This document shows, piece by piece, positions 1 through 8,163 of a stretch of DNA of 64,000 nucleotides. The stretch covers positions 12,652 through 76,651 of the forward strand of contig JAHCRH010000001.1 in the NCBI GenBank assembly GCA_020148025.1, in the 5' to 3' direction. The stretch's first letter is position 1; each line of letters begins with the position of its first letter. Both the position numbers and the translations under genes were made by a program. Origin of the DNA: Patescibacteria group bacterium. GTDB lineage: Bacteria; Patescibacteriota; Minisyncoccia; Minisyncoccales; JAHCRE01. Under the pieces are notes generated by a model. The model saw only the letters and a list, made by a program, of their open reading frames with translations, made no database searches and was not told where the DNA came from.

Positions 1-150
1 ATTGACCCCGATGTTATTAAAATTTTGAGATTGATTTTGAAAAAAGAGATGAGTTTTTTGGAAAAATTGAAAATCGAAAGAACTCATCAGAAAGTAATAA
101 AGGATATATCAGGAAACTATTTATCTTTTGTGAAAGAAGGTCAATTTTAA
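1..150 (+). CDS. Partial CDS (3' end), possibly DNA repair protein RecO C-terminus
   Basis: Open frame from base 1 (IDPDVIKILRLILKK...EGQF*) ending TAA at 148-150; recO often lies near glycyl-tRNA synthetase genes; only 49 codons visible. Confidence 0.4.
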   Translation: MDPDVIKILRLILKKEMSFLEKLKIERTHQKVIKDISGNYLSFVKEGQF

Positions 151-198
151 TTTTTCTATTTAATATAGATAAAAGGTGTTAAAATAGAACTATGAAAA

Positions 199-365
199 GT
201 CGCGGCACGCGACGGTCGCTTTTGCGACCGCGCTAATACCGCTCCTTAAAACCCATCGGTTTTAATCTTTCCGCTACGGGAAAACGCCCACTGTTCACAC
301 ACAGCTCAGTTTTCCCGACCCAGGGGCCCGCTTTAGCGGGAGGGTGGTGGGTGGGTTGTAGTCTG
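199..365 (-). mobile_element. GC-rich structured repeat, family A (199-321) fused to a family B unit (322-365)
   Basis: Shares GTCGCGGCACGCGA, AAACC-N4-GGTTT and CGGGAAAAC...GTTTTCCCGACCC with 44634-44737; flanked by direct repeat CTATGAAAA (190-198, 372-380). Confidence 0.75.
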
Positions 366-373
366 ATTTTTCT

Positions 374-2029
374 ATGAAAAATAAATTGGCAATTTTCCTT
401 ATTTTTTTGACCGCTGCCTTGGGAGCCGCTGGTTTTTGGTATTATCAAAGAAACATCTATTCAAAAGATATTTTGAAATTGGAGATTTTCGGCCCAGAAA
501 CAGCTGAATTGATGGAAGAGATCGAATATATCGTCAAATATAAAAACAATGGCAATGTTAGGTTAGAGGAGGCCAGGCTTATTTTTGAATATCCAGAACA
601 TTCTATAGTGCTAGAAAATGAATTAAGAAAAGAAAAACCGCTCGACGATATTTATCCGGGAGAAGAAAAAACACTTAATTTTAAAGCTAGATTATTCGGG
701 AAAAAAGATGAATCCAAAATAGCTAAAGCTTGGCTAAGTTATCGGCCCAAAAATCTAAATGCTCGTTACGAATCAGAAACTTCCTTGACCACTATAATAA
801 AGAAGGTCCCGATAACCTTTGAACTTGATCTCCCCTCCAAAATTGAGTCAGGAAAGGAGATTCGATTTAGATTGAATTATTTTTCCAATGTCAATTATCC
901 TCTTTCCAACCTAAGGATAAGAATTGAATATCCTTCTGGCTTCGAGTTTTTAGAATCTAAACCCAAGACTTTGGAAGAAACTGAATGGGAGATTGGTCTT
1001 TTAAATCCAGCTGTAGGAGGGAGAATTGAGGTTTTAGGTAAAATCCAGGGAGAGGTTGGAGAATCAAAAATTTTCTGGGCTGAGCTTGGCCAGTGGCAGG
1101 AAGGAGAACTTGTTTTATTGAAAACAGTTAGTTGGGGAGTGGAGATTATTAAACCACTTTTGTATATTTTTCAAGAAATTAATGGAAATCCAAAGTATAT
1201 TGCTACTCCCGGCGACCTTTTGGATTATCGAATTTTCTTTAAGAATATTGGAGAGAGAGTTTTAGAAAATTTATTTTTAATGGTCAAATTAGAAAGTGAG
1301 ACTTTAGATTTCGACACCCTTAAAGTTGAACCCGATCGATTTGAAAGAATAGAAAATAAGATTATTTGGAACTACACAATGCTTTCTGATCTCAGGAGAC
1401 TGCCCCCAATGGCTGAAGGTAAAGTTGAGTTTTGGATAAAAGTAAAAGATGATTTTTCTCCCGATTTCAAAAATCCGGAAATCAAAACCGTAATTTCTTT
1501 AGATGGATTTAAAGAAGAATTCAACACCAAAATCAATTCAAAATTAGAAATTCTTCAAAAAGGATATTTTGAAGATGGAGTCTTTGGTAATTCTGGCCCC
1601 ATTCCTCCGAGAGTAGGAGAAACGACTACCTATAGTATAATCTGGCAAGCTAAAAATCATTATAACGATGTCAAAAATGTAAAGGTTAAAGCAACCTTGC
1701 CACTAGAAGTTAAATTGACTGGTAAAATTTTTCCTGAAGAGCAATCTTCAAAATTTGCTTTTGATTCTGAATCTCGGGAAATTGTCTGGGAAATCGGAGA
1801 TTTAGAGTCAGCTACAGGAGTTTCTGATGGTGGACCAAATGTTGCTTTTCAAGTATCCCTCACACCCACCGCCAGTCAGAGAGGTCAAATAGCAACTTTA
1901 ATTAATACAGCTAAGATTTCAGGCGAGGACCAATGGACGGAAGCAACCCTAGAAACAACAGCCGAAGCCATTGGCACCACTTTGCCAGACGATGAGACCA
2001 TAAGCGAGGAACAAGGGATTATTCGGTAA
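374..2029 (+). CDS. Membrane-anchored hypothetical protein with repeated Ig-like (DUF11-type) beta-sandwich domains
   Basis: 551 aa, N-terminal TM helix, repeated Y-x-I-x-Y/F-K-N-x-G and I-x-W-x-I-G-x-L motifs. Confidence 0.7.
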   Translation: MKNKLAIFLIFLTAALGAAGFWYYQRNIYSKDILKLEIFGPETAELMEEIEYIVKYKNNGNVRLEEARLIFEYPEHSIVLENELRKEKPLDDIYPGEEKTLNFKARLFGKKDESKIAKAWLSYRPKNLNARYESETSLTTIIKKVPITFELDLPSKIESGKEIRFRLNYFSNVNYPLSNLRIRIEYPSGFEFLESKPKTLEETEWEIGLLNPAVGGRIEVLGKIQGEVGESKIFWAELGQWQEGELVLLKTVSWGVEIIKPLLYIFQEINGNPKYIATPGDLLDYRIFFKNIGERVLENLFLMVKLESETLDFDTLKVEPDRFERIENKIIWNYTMLSDLRRLPPMAEGKVEFWIKVKDDFSPDFKNPEIKTVISLDGFKEEFNTKINSKLEILQKGYFEDGVFGNSGPIPPRVGETTTYSIIWQAKNHYNDVKNVKVKATLPLEVKLTGKIFPEEQSSKFAFDSESREIVWEIGDLESATGVSDGGPNVAFQVSLTPTASQRGQIATLINTAKISGEDQWTEATLETTAEAIGTTLPDDETISEEQGIIR

Positions 2030-2038
2030 TTCTAATTT

Positions 2039-3367
2039 ATGAATAATCTAATGAATAAAATTATCTCTCTTTGTAAAAGGCGGGGATTTGTTTTTCAATC
2101 GTCGGAAATTTATGGCGGCTTTAGTTCTTGTTATGATTTCGGACCCCTTGGAGTAGAAATGAAAAATAATATTAAGCGAGTTTGGTGGGATGAGATGATA
2201 AAGAATCATGAGAATATTGTTGGATTGGATGCGGCAATTTTAATGAAACCCGAGATTTGGAAGGCTTCAGGGCATTTAACCGCCGGCTTTGCTGATACTT
2301 TAGTCGAATGCAAGTCCTGCCACAAGAGATATAGAGCTGATGAGGTAGATAGTAAAGTTTGCCCAGAATGTGGGGGGGAATTAACCAAACCAAGAAAGTT
2401 TAATTTAATGATGAAAACTTTTGTTGGACCAGTTGAAGAAGACGCCGCAACAACTTATTTAAGAGCCGAGACCTGTCAAGGGATCTATGTTAATTTTGAA
2501 AATGTTTTAAATTCAATGAGGCTGAAAATCCCTTTTGGAATCGCCCAAATTGGAAAATCCTTTAGAAATGAAATCACCCCAAAAGATTTTATTTTTCGAA
2601 CCCGAGAATTCGAACAAATGGAGATGCAATGGTTCTGCCATCCAAAAACGGCAGCAAAATATTTTAATTATTGGATAAAAGAAAGATTGAATTGGTATTT
2701 AAATTTGGGGATTAAAAAAGAAAATTTGAGAATAAAAGAACATAAAAAAGAGGAACTTCCCCATTACGCCAAAGCCGGAACTGATATTGAATACCATTTC
2801 CCCTTCGGCTGGAGAGAGATCGAAGGAATTCATAACCGGGGTGATTGGGATTTATCTAATCACGCCAAAAACAGCGGAAAAGATTTAAGTTATTATAATG
2901 AGGAAACTAAAGAAAAATACATTCCTTATATTATTGAGACTTCAGGTGGAGTTGATAGAAGTTTTTTTGTCTTCTTAATTGATGCCTATCAAGAGATAAA
3001 AGGGGGTAGAACTGAAACAACAAAAGCGGCGAAGGAAATAGAAATTTTACTTAAGCTTGACAAGAAATTAACTCCAATTAAAGTTGCGGTACTACCATTG
3101 GTTAGAAATAAACCAAACATAGTAAAAAAAGCTAAGGAGGTTTACGAAATGTTAAAACCTCATTTTATGTGCCAATACGATGAATTAGGTTCAATTGGTA
3201 GAAGATATCGAAGACAAGACGAGATTGCAACTATATATGCCGTAACCATTGATTTTGAAACTTTGGAAAAAGAAGATGTCACCATTAGAGATCGCGACAC
3301 AATGAAACAGGAAAGAGTAAAAATTAAAGATTTGATTAGTGTTTTAAAAGAAAAATTAGGGTTCTAA
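2039..3367 (+). CDS. glyQS: Glycine--tRNA ligase (alpha2 type)
   Basis: CKRRGFVF..SEIYGG, YLRAETCQG, GKSFRNEITP..FIFRTREFEQME, SIGRRYRRQDE motifs. Confidence 0.97.
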   Translation: MNNLMNKIISLCKRRGFVFQSSEIYGGFSSCYDFGPLGVEMKNNIKRVWWDEMIKNHENIVGLDAAILMKPEIWKASGHLTAGFADTLVECKSCHKRYRADEVDSKVCPECGGELTKPRKFNLMMKTFVGPVEEDAATTYLRAETCQGIYVNFENVLNSMRLKIPFGIAQIGKSFRNEITPKDFIFRTREFEQMEMQWFCHPKTAAKYFNYWIKERLNWYLNLGIKKENLRIKEHKKEELPHYAKAGTDIEYHFPFGWREIEGIHNRGDWDLSNHAKNSGKDLSYYNEETKEKYIPYIIETSGGVDRSFFVFLIDAYQEIKGGRTETTKAAKEIEILLKLDKKLTPIKVAVLPLVRNKPNIVKKAKEVYEMLKPHFMCQYDELGSIGRRYRRQDEIATIYAVTIDFETLEKEDVTIRDRDTMKQERVKIKDLISVLKEKLGF

Positions 3368-3390
3368 TTTGAATTTAAGTTAAAGCGAAA

Positions 3391-3412
3391 GTTCGAGTCC
3401 TACCGCCGGAGC
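3391..3412 (+). other. Orphan tRNA 3' fragment (T-loop to acceptor end), tRNA-Asn-like; probable att remnant
   Basis: GTTCGAGTCCTACCGCCGGAGC matches a T-loop plus the GGAGC(CA) end typical of tRNA-Asn; no D or anticodon arm upstream. Confidence 0.65.
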
Positions 3413-3516
3413 AATTATATAATGTCATTATAGAATTCAAATAATCGCCTTTTGGGCGGTTTTTTGGTAGAATAGAATGAGAGTCGGCATAATTTGATAA
3501 CAAAAATATAATTACT

Positions 3517-3678
3517 ATGAAGAACCAAAAAATAGTAGGAATTTTATTGGCGTTAACAGGAGCCTTCTTAATGTGGAATGGTAGTATTTTGGGAGAAAAT
3601 ACTACAGGTATTGCAACTATCATAGGTATTGTCGGGTTGATCTTAATAGCTACATCACGGAAAGCCAAAAAATTCTAA
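3517..3678 (+). CDS. Small two-TM membrane protein (53 aa), cassette 1
   Basis: MKNQKIVGILLALTGAFLMWNGSILGENTTGIATIIGIVGLILIATSRKAKKF*; below ORF-track cutoff; TAGAAT upstream at 3468. Confidence 0.7.
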   Translation: MKNQKIVGILLALTGAFLMWNGSILGENTTGIATIIGIVGLILIATSRKAKKF

Positions 3679-3763
3679 ATCAACAAATTATTAACAGGCA
3701 GCTGCTACTAAACAGGTTCTAACATCGTCCCATCTGGGGAGCAAATAGTGTATAATTATATCT

Positions 3764-3883
3764 ATGGCAAAAAGAAGAAAAGGAATAGGAAAGAGAAAGA
3801 AGTCTCATTCAAAAAAGACCAAAAAACGGCTTGCGATAAAGCGTGAAATGTTGGCAAAAAGGGACAGCAAACGGCGCAAGTAG
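3764..3883 (+). CDS. Very basic 39-aa peptide, cassette 2
   Basis: MAKRRKGIGKRKKSHSKKTKKRLAIKREMLAKRDSKRRK*; TATAAT at 3751-3756 just upstream of ATG. Confidence 0.65.
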   Translation: MAKRRKGIGKRKKSHSKKTKKRLAIKREMLAKRDSKRRK

Positions 3884-4042
3884 ATCTATTTTTCTATGTA
3901 ACCAGAATGTGCCTGAAAATAGGTTCTAACATCGTCCACTACTTACAAAAAAGGTTCGAAGACTGTTAAGGGTGGGGAGCTTTTTTATTTCCGCCCGCCC
4001 CGAGAGTTTTTCTCGGGGTTTTGAATTTATACCCATAAACCC

Positions 4043-4070
4043 TTGACAAGTTCTGTGGGTTTGCTATAAT
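4043..4070 (+). promoter_or_regulatory. Sigma70-type promoter
   Basis: TTGACA-16 nt-TATAAT with extended TG (TGCTATAAT). Confidence 0.75.
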
Positions 4071-4075
4071 AGAGG

Positions 4076-4337
4076 CGTATAGGGTAAAAGCTCTGTACCG
4101 AAAGGACCATTCGGACACAGGACGGATAGTCTTGGGTAATTTAAAAGGCTTACTTATTGAAAGCGAGTACTTCTGGAAAAGATTCCAATGAATTCTTCCA
4201 CGGGGGAGCCTGTGCTCCTATGTGGAAAATGGGTTCAGAGAAGACGTACAGAAGTACAGATGAACAAGTAGGTAGGATAAGCCTCTTTTTTACTCACATG
4301 GGGTGCGTCACTAAGATTCACCCCTTACTCTTTTTTA
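4076..4337 (+). ncRNA. Candidate structured ncRNA (rod-like, possibly 6S-like)
   Basis: Promoter upstream, GGGGTG/CACCCC hairpin plus T-tract downstream, nested pairings AGGCTTA/TAAGCCT, GTACTTCTG/CAGAAGTAC, TTCCAC..GGAGC/GCTCC..GTGGAA; no credible ORF. Confidence 0.5.
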
Positions 4338-4404
4338 TTTCCGTCGCTCCGAGAGTTTTTCTCTCGGGTTTCTTTGTATTACCCGATTAAGGAAACTAAA
4401 ACAA

Positions 4405-4431
4405 AAACCCCGCAAGAATTTTGCGGGGTTT
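4405..4431. terminator. Intrinsic terminator hairpin downstream of the minus-strand zinc-ribbon gene
   Basis: AAACCCCGCAA-loop-TTGCGGGGTTT with A/T flanks. Confidence 0.7.
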
Positions 4432-4443
4432 GTTCGTTCTGGA

Positions 4444-4623
4444 TTAGCGTTCGAATCTTCGAGTTCTTCGTTTAGCATGACAGTCTCTACAGTAAAGTGG
4501 TCTATCTCCCGATGGTTCAAATGGAAGTTCGGTTATTTCTTTTCCGCAATCAGAACATTTCCAATTTCCCTTGAACATCTTTCGAGGGAAATCTCTATTG
4601 GATTCAAATTTTTTGAAGGCCAT
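4444..4623 (-). CDS. CxxC-x17-CxxC zinc-ribbon domain protein (59 aa)
   Basis: MAFKKFESNRDFPRKMFKGNWKCSDCGKEITELPFEPSGDRPLYCRDCHAKRRTRRFER*; missed by the ORF track; TTGACT..TATAAT promoter on minus strand at ~4762-4789. Confidence 0.85.
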   Translation of the reverse strand: MAFKKFESNRDFPRKMFKGNWKCSDCGKEITELPFEPSGDRPLYCRDCHAKRRTRRFER

Positions 4624-4935
4624 AAATAAATGTTATTTAGTGATTAAAGGTAAAAAGCGACCTTTATGACTCTTAAGTCGCTCTACTTATTTAGGCCCCG
4701 TTAATTTTTTGAAATTACTAAAGACTTACTTTAAGATACCTCGACTTATAAATCTAAAATCATTATACTCCTTATTTTTAATAAGTCAAGTTGATGTATT
4801 GACCAAGTGGTTTTACTAACTAGTTTCTAACATCGTCCACCCAGGGGAGCTCCGTTCAGAAAATCGCCAAGAAGGCGATTTTTTAGTAGAATGTTTTAAA
4901 GGTCATATAAAATAATTTATAAGCAACCAAAAAAT

Positions 4936-5160
4936 ATGAAAGATGAAACAAAAACAGCAATACTTACAGCTGTTCTCATGATAGGATTGATAATAATTTT
5001 TAAGAACGTAATATACAAACCACTGAATGTGGTGCCCTTATATTTAATTCCAGTGTTTCTTTATATTGGATACATAACAAGGAGAGTTGGTGCTAATCTT
5101 TGGATTGGTATGACTCTATTCATCACGTTGGCAATGGCTGTATTGCATGCTTTCTTTTAG
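4936..5160 (+). CDS. Small three-TM membrane protein
   Basis: 74 aa, three hydrophobic segments; follows boundary repeat, hairpin and TAGAAT. Confidence 0.7.
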   Translation: MKDETKTAILTAVLMIGLIIIFKNVIYKPLNVVPLYLIPVFLYIGYITRRVGANLWIGMTLFITLAMAVLHAFF

Positions 5161-5186
5161 AGTTTTTTTATTGTTTAGGTAAAAAA

Positions 5187-5687
5187 ATGCAGAGGAATAA
5201 CCTTTATGAAGAAAAGATATCCTCGAAGTGGTGGATGACGGGTATATTGACCGCTTTTACAGCTGGACTTCTTTTCGTATTGGTCTATCAAATTTTGGTA
5301 GGATCAATTGGTACTCGTCCTGCTCCAAACTTGTTTTTCCTACTTATGTTTCTATTGTTTTTAGGAGTGGTGATTAATTTTAGTAGGCTAAGCATTAGAA
5401 TAACTCACCTGTCTGTCAGGGTCAGTTATGGAATTTTTAAGCACACAATCCCCTGGGAGAATATTAAGAATTGTTATATAGACGAAGTTTCAACAATTAG
5501 ATATGGGGGTTGGGGCATACGCATAGGCAGAGTTAAGGGAAAATGTAGATTAGTGTATAATGTTATAGGAGCCCCTCGAGTTGTGCTTTCATTGAAGAAA
5601 GGTAAATTTAAAGAGTTTGTTTTTTCAACTGAAAAACCAAAAGAAGTAATGAATATAATCAGGCAACGGAGAGGTAGCGACTCTTGA
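5187..5687 (+). CDS. Membrane protein with two TM helices and a PH-like C-terminal domain
   Basis: Probable ATG 5187 (MQRNNLYEEK); YGGWGIRIG motif; ends FVFSTEKPKEVMNII. Confidence 0.7.
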   Translation: MQRNNLYEEKISSKWWMTGILTAFTAGLLFVLVYQILVGSIGTRPAPNLFFLLMFLLFLGVVINFSRLSIRITHLSVRVSYGIFKHTIPWENIKNCYIDEVSTIRYGGWGIRIGRVKGKCRLVYNVIGAPRVVLSLKKGKFKEFVFSTEKPKEVMNIIRQRRGSDS

Positions 5688-5875
5688 ATTAGCAGATCTC
5701 GGAATTTATAGAGATGATGACTGGTAAGTTGGGGTATAAGAACTAATGTTGATACTTAACTGAACCGACTCAATACTCGGTAAATTCTTCCAAAACCAAG
5801 TTCTAATATTGTACCATCCCTGGAGCACACAAAAATCGCCAAGAAGGCGGTTTTTTGGTAAAATAAAAATGTTTT

Positions 5876-6622
5876 ATGAAAGAAAGATATAAAAAACATG
5901 ATAAAAATAAAATGATTTGTTTCGATTTAGAAGGCGTATTAGTTAGTGGATTGGAGAAGGAGGGAGTTGTGATTCGTACAAATTCTTATACCTTGCTAAG
6001 TAAATTTTCTGGAAAAGAAAGTGAAAATCAAAGGTTATTAGAACAATTTTTAAAAGATAAAATCTCTCAAGAAAAATATGTATTAAATTCCGTAGCTTTA
6101 TGGAAAGGACTGCCAGTGGAAAAATTGAATGAAATTATTCCGTATCTTAGATTTACAACAAATGCAAAATTGGTTTGCGATTATTTAAGTCAACACGGAT
6201 ACAATCTCAGCACTATTTCCAACGGATTTTCTTTTATTACAAATTCTGTTGCAACCACATTAGGTTTAAAGTATGCTGTTTCCAATAAGCTGGAGGTCAA
6301 AAATAAAAAACTAACAGGTAGAATTGAATATGGACTAATTTTTAAGAACGAAAAGAAAGAAATAGAAAAAATTAACCCTCTTATAAAGAGCGGTTCTAAA
6401 GTTTACGCATTAAAATTACTTCTCAAAAAAGAGGAGCTAAACCCATCAAATGTTATTGTCTTCGGTGATTATCCAAATGATATAGAAATAATGAGATTTG
6501 TTAAAGATAGCCATGGAGTGGGCATCGCTTTTAATGCCGTCGAGCAAGTAAAGAAAATTGCAAGCCTATCTATAGACTCAAATGATTTAAAGATAATTTT
6601 AGAATATATAAAGCAATGGTGA
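5876..6622 (+). CDS. HAD-superfamily hydrolase, phosphoserine-phosphatase-like
   Basis: FDLEGVL motif I (DxE variant), ISNGF motif II, K and FGDYPND motifs III/IV. Confidence 0.8.
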   Translation: MKERYKKHDKNKMICFDLEGVLVSGLEKEGVVIRTNSYTLLSKFSGKESENQRLLEQFLKDKISQEKYVLNSVALWKGLPVEKLNEIIPYLRFTTNAKLVCDYLSQHGYNLSTISNGFSFITNSVATTLGLKYAVSNKLEVKNKKLTGRIEYGLIFKNEKKEIEKINPLIKSGSKVYALKLLLKKEELNPSNVIVFGDYPNDIEIMRFVKDSHGVGIAFNAVEQVKKIASLSIDSNDLKIILEYIKQW

Positions 6623-6897
6623 ATAGCGGGGTGGGGTAGATTAAATAGTTGCTAATACTTGTTTTATTTGCTGGAACATAATCTTAGGGCTATCAACAAA
6701 ATCCTCCCATCTCAAGGTTCTAAAATCGTCCGATAGACCGAGCCACTGCCCGAGAGTTTTTCTCGGATAATCTATATATAAAAAAGGAGCTAAGCTCCTT
6801 TTTGTATAGCTTCTTTTTTGTTCCTGCTTATCCCCGCCGGGTCTTCGTCCGGCGGGCTTTGTTTTTTTAAAAACTTTAAACTATAATTAAATAAACC

Positions 6898-8163
6898 ATG
6901 TTCAAAAAAACCATTCTAAAAAATGGTTTGCGGATTATTACTTTTCCTATGAAGAATACTCGAGCTTTGACTCTTTTGATTTTGGTGGCAACTGGCTCAA
7001 AATACGAAAAAAAAGAAAACAATGGAATTTCTCATTTATTAGAGCACATGGCCTTTAAAGGAACAAAAAAGAGACCCCAGACAATAGATATTGCCAAAGA
7101 ATTGGATAGGGTCGGTGGTCTTTATAATGCTTTCACTGGCAAAGAATCGATGGGATTTTGGGTAAAAGTTGGAGCAACTCATTTTGATTTAGCCACTGAT
7201 GTTTTGTCAGACATGGTTTTTAATTCTTTATTTAAAAAAGAAGAAATTGCAAAAGAAAAAAAAGTGATCTTCGAGGAAATCAATATGATGAAAGATAGTC
7301 CTTCAAGATATGTTTTAGAGCTGTGGGGAAAATTATTATATGGTGATCAGCCAGCTGGCTGGCCAATTGCAGGCGAAAAGAAAACAATTGAAAAAATTTC
7401 AAGAAAAGAAATTTTAGATTATTTTAAAAATCAATTTGGAGCAAAAAATATTGTGATTTCTTTAACTGGAAATTTTAAAGAAAAGAAAGCCATCTCAAAG
7501 ATTAAAAGTTTTTTCGGGCGCTTAAAAAAAATAAAACCTATTTTTAAAAAGCCAACAATTGAAATTCAAAAAAAACCTGAAGTTTTAATTAATTTTAAAG
7601 AAACTGATCAGGCTCATTTGTGTCTTGGAGTAAGAACTTTCGACATATTTCAACCAGAAAGATATCCTTTGGCTGTGATGTCTGTGATTTTGGGAGGGAT
7701 TATGAGCTCTCGGCTTTTTATAAAAGTTCGGGAAAAAAGAAGTTTGGCTTATTATATTAGAACATTCCCTCAACATTATACGGATACAGGTTTCCTGGTC
7801 ACTCATACAGGGATAGATAATAAAAGAGTTGAAGAGGCAATAAAGATTATTCTAAATGAATATAGTGATCTTAAAACAAAAAAAGTTTCCAAAAGAGAAC
7901 TTAAAAAAGCAAAAGAAAACATTAAAGGCCGTCTTTATTTAGGATTAGAAACTTCTGATGCCTGGGCAACTTTTTTGGGGAGTCAAGAAATTTTAAAAAA
8001 AGAAATTTCAACTCCTGTGAAAGAGTGTAAAAGAATTGATAAAGTTAGCCAAGCCGATGTTTTAAAGGTAGCAAAAAATCTTTTCCGGCCAGAAAAATTA
8101 AATTTAGCCTTAATTGGTCCATTTAAAGATAAAGAGAAATTTAAAAAACTATTAAGAATATGA
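6898..8163 (+). CDS. M16 family zinc peptidase
   Basis: GISHLLEHMAFKGT (HxxEH), NAFT, SSRLF..VREKRSLAY. Confidence 0.93.
   Translation: MFKKTILKNGLRIITFPMKNTRALTLLILVATGSKYEKKENNGISHLLEHMAFKGTKKRPQTIDIAKELDRVGGLYNAFTGKESMGFWVKVGATHFDLATDVLSDMVFNSLFKKEEIAKEKKVIFEEINMMKDSPSRYVLELWGKLLYGDQPAGWPIAGEKKTIEKISRKEILDYFKNQFGAKNIVISLTGNFKEKKAISKIKSFFGRLKKIKPIFKKPTIEIQKKPEVLINFKETDQAHLCLGVRTFDIFQPERYPLAVMSVILGGIMSSRLFIKVREKRSLAYYIRTFPQHYTDTGFLVTHTGIDNKRVEEAIKIILNEYSDLKTKKVSKRELKKAKENIKGRLYLGLETSDAWATFLGSQEILKKEISTPVKECKRIDKVSQADVLKVAKNLFRPEKLNLALIGPFKDKEKFKKLLRI

Larger units (their letters stand above)
3716..6743 (+). repeat. Six dispersed direct ~27-bp cassette-boundary repeats, consensus GTTCTAACATCGTCC-N7-GGAGC
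   Basis: Copies at 3716-3742, 3923-3937 (left half only), 3954-3980, 4824-4850, 5800-5826, 6717-6743; identical length in the five full copies. Confidence 0.85.

Noticed and set aside
233-448. ORF-track ORFs over GC-rich repeats (233-448, 46819-47025, 61238-61453, 56368-56628)
   Set aside because: They coincide with family A elements, whose GC content suppresses stop codons; no protein features.
3716-6743. CRISPR array or classical integron attC sites
   Set aside because: Spacing is 0.03-1 kb and irregular, with no cas genes. Although TTCTAAC resembles an attC R'' box, there is no consistent GTTRRRY partner or long inverted repeat, and no intI.
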